Shown here one piece after another: positions 11,346-23,636 of a DNA stretch of 64,000 nt. Under the pieces are notes generated by a model that was given only the letters and a program-made list of their open reading frames with translations, did no database searches and was not told where the DNA came from. This DNA comes from Haplodiscus bocki. Its lineage: Eukaryota. Each line of letters begins with the position of its first letter. The first letter of the stretch is position 1. Position numbers and translations under genes: made by a program. The stretch is taken from the NCBI GenBank assembly GCA_965655095.1, contig OZ296656.1:15624001-15688000 (forward strand), read 5' to 3'.

Positions 11346-12140
11346 AGATCGAGAAAGGCAAGAGAAGAGGAAATTCCAAAGTTTTAAGAGTAGGAAAGAA
11401 GAGAAGAGGAGAGAGCAAGTTGTTGACGGTAAGCGAGTGAGTGATTTTATGATCTCTTCGGTCGTGCCAAATGACTCTAAAATGGCATCATGCTGTTTTT
11501 TCATGCCACCAATAGGAAAACAGCACATGTTCATGATGTCATACCTACTGGCCAATAGGCTGTTAGTAGATTTTGGGCAATTTCGAAAATTTAATTTTTC
11601 TTCAATTTCGTCATCAATTTGTGCAGTTCCAATCGAGTAACCTCCAAATTTCGTCAAGTCGCCGCAAAGTCGGCAAATATTTAACCCCAAATATAATCTC
11701 CAGTTTTGCCGTCGTATTGTCTGAGCTTTTGGGTTTTATCAGTTTTCTATTTCCTGGGTGACCAGGGACTTTTATTTGCGCCCAAATATTCGTCGCAGTT
11801 GTGCCGAAACTTCTGCTTGGTAAGTCAACTTTAATGCCGCCGTAATCTTTACTAGCTCGTATTTCCTGTATAATTAACAAATATACAAACTGCACTGATA
11901 AATTTTGGTGTTTATCTGAAATCTGATAAATCTTGGGCTCGCCATTTTGGGCAGAAATCTCTCGAGGTTAGTTTCAACTTTTCTTTATTATAAAATCATA
12001 AAACTGCGATTTTTCGTAAGGTTTGAGCGGTAGTCATAACGCGATAACTCACCCCACTGAAAAGGAACAAAATTTGATTTGGGGGCTCAAGGGAAAAGAA
12101 GGAGGGACTGGGTAGAGTTTAAAAAAGGCATCTAAAGAAA

Positions 12141-12815
12141 TTAAAGTCCTAAATGAGGAAAGGCAGCAACAGCTCCTTGGGGAACCGTGATGCATTGGGT
12201 AGACAAAGCTGGATTCTGAATAGTCAGTTCTTGCCGTTGGTTGTCCCAATGGATAATTTGCCAAGAGTTGAACTCGGGTTTCAAGCCATAGCGAAGTTGG
12301 GAGTTGATCCGTGGTCGGATAACTGCTGTCGGTTTCGAAACAAGAGAGTCGCTGCGATGTTGGTAGTTATGTACTGAATTAGCAGTCTTGGTGCGGTGCT
12401 CAAACTGATTGGGGCGCGGAAGAAGGGGGGTACAGTCAGTTGGAAAGGAATAAGCGGGTGGAAGCTCGTGTTGATACTCATTAGTGCCGTCTGCGCATTG
12501 TACGCCTGCAGTTGGTGAAGCTTCAACTGCGGGGTTGCTATCACTGGCTTCAACGGTGGAAGTGGAATCAGGACTAACTGGTTCGTCGTTCGAGATTTGG
12601 TTTGGAAGAAGCTTCAAAGGAGAAGTTGGGGGTGAAATAAACATCACTTCTGAGTCAGTGGACACGGCAGCACTAGAGGGTCGCACCAGTTCGTCGGGAC
12701 TTGATGGGTCCAAGGGTCGTAAATCCGAGTCCAGGTTTGAAAAGATAGCAAAGATGTTGTCATGAGAAGAGCAATCTTCAGTAGTCTCCGTCATGGAGTT
12801 CGATAGGTCTGGCAT
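12141..12815 (-). CDS. Pro/Ser-rich accessory ORF of the LTR element (unknown function)
   Basis: 224 aa; conserved with 38857-39471 (NIFAIFSNLD, LVRPS, ISPP, RPRINSxLRYGLKPE). Confidence 0.5.
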   Translation of the reverse strand: MPDLSNSMTETTEDCSSHDNIFAIFSNLDSDLRPLDPSSPDELVRPSSAAVSTDSEVMFISPPTSPLKLLPNQISNDEPVSPDSTSTVEASDSNPAVEASPTAGVQCADGTNEYQHELPPAYSFPTDCTPLLPRPNQFEHRTKTANSVHNYQHRSDSLVSKPTAVIRPRINSQLRYGLKPEFNSWQIIHWDNQRQELTIQNPALSTQCITVPQGAVAAFPHLGL

Positions 12816-14016
12816 CCTTAATTACAATCGAACTCTATCGTACCTGGCCAAAAACAAAGAATCATGTAACTGCAATCAAAAAGTGAACATTAGATTTCAA
12901 GAAACATAATCTCCCCCCGGAACCAAGTAAGTGGGAGAAAGGAAAAATAGCTGACTTGACCACCGGATTCCGAAGTGGAAAAGGTCTCTCTATTCTTTCA
13001 GAGGAAAAGCTATGGAAAATGCCGTAATATATTTTACCGGCTCTTCGCAGGCACTAACACGAAGTGTTAGCACTATATTTAAAGAGTCGCTACACTACTC
13101 TATTAAAACGACGCCGAGATTTTTATAAAGGACGCCGGACTGAAACCGGACGGTCAAAAGGTGCCAAATCAATCTAGCCTCTTCCGTAACTATATCAAGA
13201 TTAATAAAGTCTGTCAGCCTATTTTCAGGCTGTCTGTCATGGTGATTTGAGAGTAATATAGTCTGAAAAGCCTCGTCAGGCTTGCAAAATATGTGTGGGC
13301 CCTTTAAATATAATTCGGATAGAGGAAGAATAAGTAACTTGTTGAAGTAAACGTTAGAAAAATTTTGTAATTATCAGCTTGTTCCAGGGTTCTATATTTG
13401 ATGTGAAGATTGTTCCCACTTAGTTAGACTGAAAGCGCGTGGACTGTTGATCAGTGACACCTCGTGAAATACCCCAAGGTCTTTGTCCGTAATCAAGAGA
13501 ATCGTCCAGGCTTTGGTTTTCCCCGTTCGTCCAATTTTCGGAGATATCTAAGGTCACAAAGAGGCTGGCGAAATCTTCTTTTCAGGCTATTATGGGTACA
13601 AGTATCGCAGCGAGTAGATTCTCAACAAGCCCAAATCTAACTTTGGAGAATGCTTTTGGCAGGTTTTCAAAAGCTGGATGGAAAGGTTCTAAAGATTGTC
13701 CATCATGAATATGTGCTCCCAATGAAGTATCTTTGGTTTCCACTTGCAGAGAAGAGTTAGTTCTGAGTTTCTGGTTGGTTTTTCGTATGGCCAGGGCCAT
13801 TCGAAGATATCGGAGTTTACGTCAGAGATTCCAATAAGCTTCGCGAAGATATTTTTTGTTAGGGGACCTTGTATCCAGGCATTTTGACGGAGGTTAGGAT
13901 GTGACGATTACTTGTAGGATAATTCATAAGCAATAGGAACATACCATCAAATAACATTAAGAGTCATAAAAAAATAATGAGACAATAAACCATACAAAAT
14001 GATTTTTTTAAAGGCT

Positions 14017-15012
14017 TCAGTAGCCCAATGGAAGCGGGTCAGACAGTTCATCGTCAGACTCTCCAGCTGAGGTGACTTGTGCCACATTAAAATTCATGCC
14101 ACTGTTCCTTGAAAAGGATCTTCGTTCACGTGGAGTGATTTCGTTAGATTCATCTTGCCCGGTTTCTTCTTCGGTAGTTAGAGGAAGTTCGTTCGTTGGA
14201 TTGTGCCCATCGTCCGAATTAAGACATTGTTCCACGTTTTGATCGTATTGGGCACTGCGGTCGACGGCACTAGTGCCAATGTTCTGGTTAGGAACATGAT
14301 TACTTTTGGAGGACATTTCATATTGTATTTTTTGTATTTCTTCGTCTCGCATTTTTTTGCGACACCATTTTGGTGTGTGTCCGTTTTTATGACAATAGTC
14401 ACAGAACCGGACAGTTTTTTGCTTTTCCTTTTTTGTCGGAGCCCATGGTCTAGATTTTTCTTCCATGGCAATAAGTCGGTATTCCTGAAGTTCTACTCGG
14501 AGGTTTCTCTTTTCTTGACCCAGTGTGGCCAGTTCAATCTTGATTTGTTCCACATCATGTAGGAAATTCGAAGATACTTGTAACATTAGATCTTGTTGAA
14601 TATTATGAGTAGAAAAGTCATTCCGGGTAGCGTTTGGGTACTCCATTAATTGTTCTCGGGCCTTTAGCTGTAAATAATTTGGTTTAAGTCCTCGCAAATT
14701 GTAGTCCATGTACTTTTGCTTTTGTTGTCTTTTTTGTGTTGTTCGTTCTGCATTTTCTTGGGCATTTGGGATACCATTCGTATCATCAGGCCAACAATGT
14801 TCAACTTCCAATCGATGGCGAAACTTATTTCGTCCCTCTGAGCATCTAGTAATGAAGTTCATTTTCAGTCCATTCCTCAAGGTGGTTGCTTCGGTCAGTT
14901 GTAAAAAAGATTCAGCATCTATATTGGGTTCGGTGCAGGAGAACTTGTCTGAGGCTGCGTAAGGATAGGCGAGATGAATAGCAGTTATTGTAATAAATAT
15001 CAAAAGAGACAT
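14017..15012 (-). CDS. gag: Gag-like protein with coiled coil and CCHC zinc knuckle
   Basis: Uninterrupted ~331 aa ORF just after the PBS; CDYCHKNGHTPKWC is CX2CX4HX4C; homologous to the disrupted ORF in copy 2. Confidence 0.75.
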   Translation of the reverse strand: MSLLIFITITAIHLAYPYAASDKFSCTEPNIDAESFLQLTEATTLRNGLKMNFITRCSEGRNKFRHRLEVEHCWPDDTNGIPNAQENAERTTQKRQQKQKYMDYNLRGLKPNYLQLKAREQLMEYPNATRNDFSTHNIQQDLMLQVSSNFLHDVEQIKIELATLGQEKRNLRVELQEYRLIAMEEKSRPWAPTKKEKQKTVRFCDYCHKNGHTPKWCRKKMRDEEIQKIQYEMSSKSNHVPNQNIGTSAVDRSAQYDQNVEQCLNSDDGHNPTNELPLTTEEETGQDESNEITPRERRSFSRNSGMNFNVAQVTSAGESDDELSDPLPLGY

Positions 15013-15084
15013 CACCCATAAAAATATAGCTCCGAAGCAAACTGCACAATTTATAAAATAAAATCAAAATTGCTCACAAATGAG

Positions 15085-15101
15085 CCTCACTGGTCGCACC
15101 A
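15085..15101 (-). promoter_or_regulatory. Primer-binding site TGGTGCGACCAGTGAGG
   Basis: Starts 3 nt after the LTR-terminal CA and is identical in copy 2. Its complement CCTCAC-N7-ACCA resembles a tRNA 3' end (possibly elongator Met; inference). Confidence 0.8.
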
Positions 15102-15104
15102 GTT

Positions 15105-18100
15105 TGTCGTGGGTGTACTAAGTTAATTGTTTATTATTGTTTTCGCTAGCTAATATTGCTGAGCGGCGTGTGCGGCCATATGTCTGCGTTATCGTGTAAG
15201 AAAGTCTCAAAAGCTTACACTGTTATTAGCCTTGTAAATTTGCCTTGCTAAACCGCGCGAACAAAGTTGCGTAAGTTCTACTAGCAAGGACTTGGTGAGC
15301 AAAGAAGGAGTATGAAATAAGAGATGAATTATTTGGTGAATATACAGAAATGGCAGTCAACTTGTACAAAGTAAATGTGTACAAGATAAGATGAAATTTC
15401 CGATGGGTGAGATTATTAGGGGTGAGATTTGAGAAATCCAAATTATTAACTTTCAGCAGCCTCCTTCTAAATTTTATAAAGCAACTTCTACAAATTCACA
15501 ACCATTATAATATCAATTTTAACTGTAATATATCAATTTTGTATCACACGACTGTAATGTAGAACAAGCAATTTTATCCCCGAAATCCAAAGAATTATTC
15601 TTCTATCCACTGTATATTTATTCCCTCGTCTAATATTCGAAGATATCAAGAAATTTCCAGCACAAAGATATCAAACAGAAAGTATCCAAAATTTTACAAT
15701 ATCCAAAATATTCGAAGAAAGAATTTATAATAGATTCGAAGTTTATCGCATGATAAATTCGAAGTTTAAGGCATCGCAGTTTTAATAAAGCATAATAAGT
15801 CAGATTTAATAATAAGTTTAGCTGAAATTTTTTATTATTCAAATAAATGGAGTAAAACAGTAATTAACAATATTAAACTTACAAATCTTCCCAAAAATTA
15901 TTGGAAATGTTTATCATGAATAAGTTGAGGTAAGTTTTGGCAGTGTTTTTTATTTTTGGAGCTAGGACGAATGGTTTCATTCGTTGTTTCTAGCTTGGCT
16001 TCTTTGCCTTTTGTACTTTTTTAGTTTTATCCCCTATGTTGTATGTAATCAGTTTAGCTAAGACTTCGGTAACATGCCATAAGGCAGTCAACCGAGTCAA
16101 TTTCCTTAAGTTCCTCCTTTAGTCAAGTGTTGTCCACTGACGAGGCGCCTTCAAGTATTTCGCTTTTAGTTAGTAAATTTTCTGTTTTAGCCTTTTGTCT
16201 ACAACTATGGTAACATTCATAAAGCAGTTAACCAAGTCAGGTCTCTTATGGTCCTCTTTTGGTCAAGTGTTAATCCACTGACGAGGCGCTTTCATGTATT
16301 TTCGCTTTTAGTTTAACGACTCAGTACTTGTTTAACATAGTAACTGGCCGAGAAATCTTAATCCCCTTTTTGTCCATACCGTGACATAGTCCTCGGATTT
16401 TGTTGGAGGGGTTTGAATTGTTTTAGCCTTTTAGATTTCATCTAAGACTCAGAGTTACTCGTATTCACGGTTACTGAGCTGTTTCTCTTAGGTTCCCTTG
16501 TCTCAGACGCGGTAGTTTACTCGCGTAATTGTTGAGTGGGTTTATCTTTTACTTTTGCAATTTTCGGATAACCAGTAGTTTATTAACTGACTGGGTTTGA
16601 AATGAAAAAATCTTCTAAGAATTTCTAGAAAGATTTACTCTACTAGCAATTGAAATTAGAAACTCACGGATACCATCGTTGAAGTTGAGAAAGGGTGTTG
16701 ATGTTCGGGTTCTCTAGGTCTTTGGTGGCTGTTCGAGAATGTTGGAAGTTGCTCGCTGAGAAGCGGTAGAAAGTTAGAAGTCGAAGAGGAAGTCGAGAAG
16801 GGTTTCGCCTCGCGGATTTAAGCAGGTGAATTGTGGCAAGCGAATGAATACTATGGAAGTGCGCGGGGTATTTATACCCGGATGGTTACGTGTCCTTTCA
16901 ATTTTGGGCGAGAGCCAATAGGATCATTCGACGAGCGAATCGAAAGCAGGTAAGTTGGCTCTGTATAACAGAAGTTTGGCAAAGACAAGTTTAGGAATTG
17001 TTTTAGAATGATTCTAATTGAGCAGATGAAGAGATTTGGCAAAGACAGGTTTAGGAATTGTCTTAGAATGATTCTAATTGAGTAGATGAAGAGATTTGGC
17101 AAAGACAGGTTTAGGAATTGTCTTAGAAAAATTCTAGTTGAGTAGATGAAGAGATTTGACAAAGACAAGTTTAGGAATTGTCTTAGAATAATTCTAGTTG
17201 AGTAGATGAAGAGATTTGACAAAGACAAGTTTAGGAATTGTCTTAGAATAATTCTAGTTGAGTAGATGAAGAGATTTGGCAAAGACAGGTTTAGGAATTG
17301 TCTTAGAAAAATTCTAGTTGAGTAGATGAAGAGATTTGACAAAGACAAGTTTAGGAATTGTCTTAGAATAATTCTAGTTGAGTAGATGAAGAGATTTGAC
17401 AAAGACAAGTTTAGGAATTGTCTTAGAATAATTCTAGTTGAGTAGATGAAGAGATTCGGCAAAGACAGGTTTAGGAATTGTCTTAGAATGATTCTGAGTA
17501 GATGAAGAGATTTGGCAAAGACAGGTTTAGGAATTGTCTTAGAATGATTCTAGTTGAGTAGATGAAGAGATTTGGCATAGACAAGTTTAGGAATTGTCTT
17601 AGAATAATTCTAGTTGAGTAGATGAAGAGATTCGACAAAGACAGGTTTAGGAATTGTCTTAGAATGATTCTGAGTAGATGAAGAGATTTGGCAAAGACAG
17701 GTTTAGGAATTGTCTTAGAATAATTCTATGATTAGGATGAGGGCGAAGAGAAAGAGAGTTTCGCCTCGGGGAAGTAGGCTGTTTAACTGAAGAGAGTGAT
17801 TGAATAAAACGACAGGGTTTATACCCAGTTATGGCGCAATCGAGTGATCGTCCAATAGGAGAGCGCCTGAAGATAGCAATGTTTGCTTTGGGATCATTTG
17901 ATCGGCGAGGAGAGGTGAGGAGTGGCGGTTGTTCAGAATTGTTGGGGTTTTTGCGGGTAAGTCATAATTCGACTTAGAATATTTTCGCTGAAAGCGATTT
18001 TGCGGCCAAGTCAGAATTTGACTTAGAATATTTTCGCCGAAGCGATTTTGCGGCTAAGTCAGAATTTGACTTGGAATATTTTCGCTGAAAGAGATATTGC

Positions 18101-18836
18101 GGCTCAGTCAGAATTTGACTTAGAATAATTTCGGAGATCGAGAAAGGCAAGAGAAGAGGAAATTCCAAAGTTTTAAGAGTAGGAAAGAAGAGAAGAGGAG
18201 AGAGCAAGTTGTTTACGGTAAGCGAGTGAGTGATTAAATGATCTCTTCGGTCGTGCCAAATGACTCTAAAATGGCATCATGCTGTTTTTTCATGCCACCA
18301 ATAGGAAAACAGGGCATGATCGGCATGTCATACCTACTAGCCAATAGGCTGAGAGTAGATTTTGGGCAAATTTTGAAAATTCAGATTTTCTTGAATTTCG
18401 TCATCAAGTTGTGCAATTCCACTTGAGTAATCTCATAACTCGCCCCTGTCGCCATAATGTCGGCAAATATTAACCAGCAAACATAATCTCCAGTTTTGCC
18501 GTCGTATTGTCTTAGTTTTTGGGTTTTATCAGTTTTCTGTTTCCTGGATGACCAGGGACTTTTATTTGCGCCCAAATATTCATCGTAGCTGTGCCGAAAC
18601 CTCTGCTTGGTAAGTCAACTTTAATTCCGCCGTAATCTTTACTAGCTCGTATTTCCTGTATAATTAACAAATATACAAACTGCACTGATAAATTTTGGTG
18701 TTTATCTGAAATCTGATAAATCTTGGGCTCGCCATTTTGGGCAGAAATCTCTCGAGGTTAGTTTCAACTTTTCTTTATTATAAAATCATAAAACTGCGAT
18801 TTTCCATTAGGTTTGAGCGGTAGTCATAACGCGATA
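15105..18836 (-). repeat. 5' LTR of copy 1 (3732 bp)
   Basis: Near-identical to 8537-12046. The 222 bp length difference is almost entirely four extra array units (+236) minus a 15-bp duplication at ~9182-9211. Confidence 0.93.
16974..17728. repeat. 60-bp tandem array in the 5' LTR (~12.7 units)
   Basis: Same unit as 10421-10939; two 56-bp variants. Confidence 0.95.
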
Positions 18837-19087
18837 GCAGCAATAATTTGCGCGCTTACTGTACCTCCTCATTCAATGGGACATGAGTGTTCTGTCTTTT
18901 TCAAAGTGCTGCTTTCAAATATTTGATCTTTTTGAACCAACGCTGGTAGGTAGTCTTTCTATAAATAAGTAGTATTTGCTGAATTAACAAAAAAGACAGA
19001 CTATCGGAGGTGAAATTGAACAAATGGGAGTCCGTTTGTGTGTGGTAGGCGGAGAGAGAGATGGGGTAATCGAGATTCCAGGAGATT

Positions 19088-19223
19088 NNNNNNNNNNNNN
19101 NNNNNNNNNNNNNNNNNNNNNNNNNNNNNNNNNNNNNNNNNNNNNNNNNNNNNNNNNNNNNNNNNNNNNNNNNNNNNNNNNNNNNNNNNNNNNNNNNNNN
19201 NNNNNNNNNNNNNNNNNNNNNNN
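19088..19223. other. Assembly gap (136 N)
   Basis: Run of N. Confidence 1.
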
Positions 19224-22200
19224 GCCACCCTCTAATTGGTATTAGCTAAAATGGCCACCGTTGTTTTATATTTCACTCGAATCGGAAAAATGGCGAATAA
19301 GAAATGCTACGGATTCTTTCATATCGGTTCTACTAATATCGGTCAATAGTTTAAATAACGTAGTACTATGTGAGAATAATGTCTTGTGATGCCTTTCATT
19401 ATGAAGTGAATATAATCGGCTGAAATTTTAGTCGGCTGATTGAACGTGTACCTTTTGTAGTAAAAACTGATCTTCATATTCTAATAGTACCAATCTGAGA
19501 ATCATGTTTGAGGTCGGGGTGGGTGGGGGTGTTAAGGGTTAAATGCCAGCCACTCTGGGAATATTGCTGTTTGAGACATTTCAATCACGAAATCGCCGTT
19601 CATAAGATGACACGCGTGGCAGACAGACAGTATAAGTCATCATGTTTTGTTAGAATATGAAACTGTCTGCTTGTTAACTTGTCAAAATGATGTCATCAGC
19701 GGTTGACTTTATTCAAATTATCTCCCTGCGAAATTACTCTATAGGAATGGTAGAGATATGTGAATCTCTCATTTCACCCTTATAAATTGAAAGTTGAAGT
19801 CTTGCTGGTTTCGTCATAGTTGGTGCTTCTGAATGCTAGTGGCAGACATGACAATGAATAGCTTTTTTACTGTGTGTTCGACGACCGATCTGACCAAACT
19901 ATGTATTGGCCTAACCATAACAACCGGGGCACGAAAAGTTTGACCTTCAAATGATCCACCAAAATTTTTCAGCACTGCTGGTCTTTTTCTTCAGGAAATT
20001 TGTGATAGGCCCTCTTGGTATATTTTTAGGCGTTAGCTTAAGGCATAGAGATTTTACATTCTTCACTGCTCCGCGCCTCTTCCAAAATCGGTTGTGGCTG
20101 GTCGGCTGAACTTCTTGCTTACTTTTATTCATTTCTATTTAGGTTCTTTCGCTTTCCCAAGCTAGAGCGAACGCTTTCAAGTATGAGTAGTAATTGGTTC
20201 AAATATTCTCAAATTTGTAAATTAATTCGCATCTGTTTCCTTTATTCAAAATTAACGTAAGTTTCTGCTAGATTTGCTCAATTTCAGTTTTTTCATATGC
20301 AAACTTAGCTCTTAATGCCTAGCATCCTTGATGCCTGTATTTTGCCCAATCTGACAAATCAATGTACTATGTAGTACAGTGATTCGATTTTCCCTGCTAA
20401 AAGGTACAGAAATTTTTGGTAAATTATCTAGATAAATCTTGGAAGGAAGGCAAATAGAGCGTGCCCAGAGGGTTAGTGTAGTTTTCAAGCCGTTGGCACG
20501 TTTTTGATATAAACTAATTCTCAATATTTCTACACTTCAAAAAATTTCCAATATCATGAATTAAAGTTTGTGATACTCCCTGCCTGAATCAAAATTTACC
20601 GAAAGTCGCGATTACCAAAAATTTTCATTAAACTTATTTTTTGCCAAGGCAATTTTTTTCATCAAAGGGTTCAAAATTTTCAATTTTTGGAAAGATTTTT
20701 TTTTGAAATTCTGGCTGAAAAGAAGAATGTGTATTGGAAACCTGATTATGCTTCGTTTTTTATCCTGTCCAAAACTTGCATTTTTTGACGTCATGAGAGA
20801 GTATACATTGTCAAAAACGGCCTCTTTTTGGCAGGTACTTGTTCATTTTCGTTTTCGCGTCGGTAACTCTGCAAATCTCTTGGTCATTGGGCAGCAAAAT
20901 GGCATAACCTGGAAAAAAAACATGATTGATATCTCAATTTTTTGAAAGAGAGTGACTGGTACTTGTTTCTTTCTGCGTTGTTTTTTTTGTGCAAGCTTCC
21001 TAAACATTGACCAGCAAGAGGCGTAACCTGGAAAAATTTGATTGACGCATCAACTTTTTGAGTGTGAAACACCAACAGGTATGTCGAATTCGACTTCTTT
21101 GAACAAACTTTGGATTGACAGCTGGAGCAATATTTCTAAAAGTGTCAATCAAATCTCCGATCATGGTTTGAAACGTCTTTTGGTAGCCGTCATCTCAAGT
21201 GACCAGCCAGAATGTGTTGCGTAGTTCTGCTTCGTCTCTCCGTTTTAATATCGAAGCCGAAGATATTCGATCTTAAAGGGACATTCGTTGACCTTTTTTT
21301 GACATCTAAATTGACGAATTGTGACGAAATTATTCTTAACTTGCCATAAAGTTGTAAATTTGTTCACTTTTGAATTGTAACTCTGCTGATGTTGCTAGAG
21401 AGAGAGAAAGACTTTAATTATTGTTGGTTGGACAATACAAAGATAGTAGCTACATGTAACAATGTTCACTTTTTGAACTAGTTGTATTCAGTTACAAATA
21501 AACTTCACTTGATTAACTGCCTTTCAAGTTTTCGACATTAACGTAAAATTTAGCCTTTTCGATTCTTTGGCACTCGTCTCCGCGACGAACGCCAAAGTTT
21601 TGAAAGGTAAAGCTCAGCAATCTCGTGGAACCGCCGTTAGATTATCCGCCATAATTGTCAAAGTTGTGAAATTCGGCCTTCTCGATATCACTCATTTATC
21701 CGCCATAGACGCCAAAATTTTAAAGTTCTATATTGTAAAATTCCGCACTCTCGAATAAGCGCCAATAGTTAGACGCCATAAATGCCAAGATTGCAAAGTT
21801 CGGTACGTAACTGCTGTAGATTTTTGGAATGGTTTTCGGTGCACAATTTTTTTGGATAAGCGGGCTTCCAGAAGCGTTACGTAATATCCTTTTTGATGCT
21901 CCATTGGCGTTGAGTGGCAATAAGATAGGATTCAAATTTTTTCCTAATCTTCTCATTGTTTTCCATGAAGCCCTAGGAACTTGGGCAAATTAATGTTATT
22001 TGGTATAATCATTGGAACAAAGCAGTATAATTTGCAGTATGATAAATACCTTTGAAGCTTTGCAAAAGCCCTACAAGCAGGTAGAAACAAAACATGTTTT
22101 CATTCCATCTAATGCGTGGTATCTAATGCTTGGGAATGTTCCGTCATAAATAACCTGATAAGTTTTTGGAACAAGTGATAGGGGCCAAGGAGAGAACCAT

Positions 22201-22844
22201 GGGAGCTTCAGAGAAGTGCAATGGCTACACAAATGTGCTAGGCAACGTGTCAAACAAAGCTCTTTGCCGTGAATGCGTTTTTGTTCGTAGATCGAACCGA
22301 AGAGAAAATATTTTTGCGTTATCGGAATGTTGAATCGTTATCGAAATGGATTTTCAAAATTTCGGTTGGTACTTCTCATCCTCTAGGTCAAATTTCAATA
22401 TAATGTTTTTAAAGATGAAATGCGTGTTTGATCGTTCAAAAGTTTTTCTTATTTTGTAATTTGTCAAGTAGTTTAATTGCTTTTGCTTCGATGTGTAGAC
22501 TGACCAGATTGCAAAACTGCCAGAACGGGACAAAATGAATGATTCATTCTAAATTATCAACTTCAAAATTGATGAATCACCTGAAGCCTCTGGTACACCT
22601 CCAGTATACAATTCTGGAACCCTTATAATTTTGGGTGGTTAAAACCTCATATTTTGTAGTTTAGTTCATGTAAAATTTCTTTTTTTTTTCACGGTAAAAA
22701 CACCAAAATTTGAGATGAAATTAAAAATTAAAAAAGGTAATTTTAATCAAAGTTGTCAAATTCTCTGCAGATTCAGTTATGTATAAAGGGGTTTTTTCCA
22801 ATACCCCCCTAGTCGAAGCTGTAGCTACTGCTACCAGTATAGTA

Positions 22845-23636
22845 CTGTGATAAGGAAATGAAACATAAAGCTGTGAGGAAGAAATGGGATACTTTAGTTT
22901 TCGTCGTTTAATAGTCAATATAGGCAAATTTTAGTTAAGTTTAATTAACACAACTTCTTATTGCTTGCCATTCAAGATCTTGCTAACAAAATTGATCTCA
23001 AAATCTTGAAAGTCCTGATATTAGATGGTTTGTGAACCACTCTTAAACTGTTATTTTTGACAATTTTCTTTGAATTCTCATACTTGCTTCTCCAGGAAAC
23101 TATATTTTCAATTTCTTTCAGTCTGAGCCGCTATCTTATCACTTCGCGGGCTTAGTAGTATTTTGGAATTTTCGATACTGCCAAAAATTGCGAAGAAAAT
23201 TGACAAATTTCATGTAAAAAATTCTAAAACCTATCTTAATACTTGTAAAAGCAATTTCATTTGTCTAAACAGTCGATTTTGTCACAGACAGTCGATTTTG
23301 ACAGTCGATTTTGAGACAGATTTTTTTGGGTTAAAATGCACTTTATAGCTTTCAGAAGTTTGTGGATGTTATGCTCAAAAAGTAAAACTTTTTTGCCAAA
23401 TTGGTTGAAACGTTAAATTATGTGAAGATTTGTGAAAAAAGATTGCTACAGGAGTAAAACTGGGAGTCCATATTTTCTGTTTTATTGATTCACTTTTTTC
23501 AAACAAAAGTCCTTGTAATCTACGTAAAAATGTTAGAAACTTTTGTTCCTGAAACCTCCTTGTAATTTCGCTAGATTCTCATATCCAGCTGTCCGGTTTC
23601 TTTCTCACAGCCTTATGTTTCATTCCTTTATCACAG
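22845..23636. mobile_element. Non-autonomous DNA transposon / MITE with ~45-bp TIRs
   Basis: ctgtgataaggaaatgaaacataaagctgtgaggaagaaa at 22845 is the inverted match of tttctttctcacagccttatgtttcattcctttatcacag ending at 23636. Confidence 0.65.

Larger units (their letters stand above)
8537..12046 (-). repeat. 3' LTR of copy 1 (3510 bp)
   Basis: Near-identical to 15105-18836; minus-strand termini TATCGCG...CGCGACA. Confidence 0.93.
8537..18836 (-). mobile_element. Giant-LTR non-autonomous LTR retrotransposon, copy 1 (intronic, antisense to the host gene)
   Basis: Direct repeats 8537-12046 and 15105-18836; 4-bp TSD GCAG (8533-8536 / 18837-18840); PBS next to the 5' LTR; Gag-like CCHC ORF; no RT or integrase core motifs seen. 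Confidence 0.93.

Noticed and set aside
8537-18836. Long direct repeats as assembly artefact or segmental duplication
   Set aside because: TSD, PBS, PPT-like tract, matching termini and an independent second copy with the same layout indicate real LTRs.
19001-19245. ORFs spanning the gap
   Set aside because: Artefacts of the N run.
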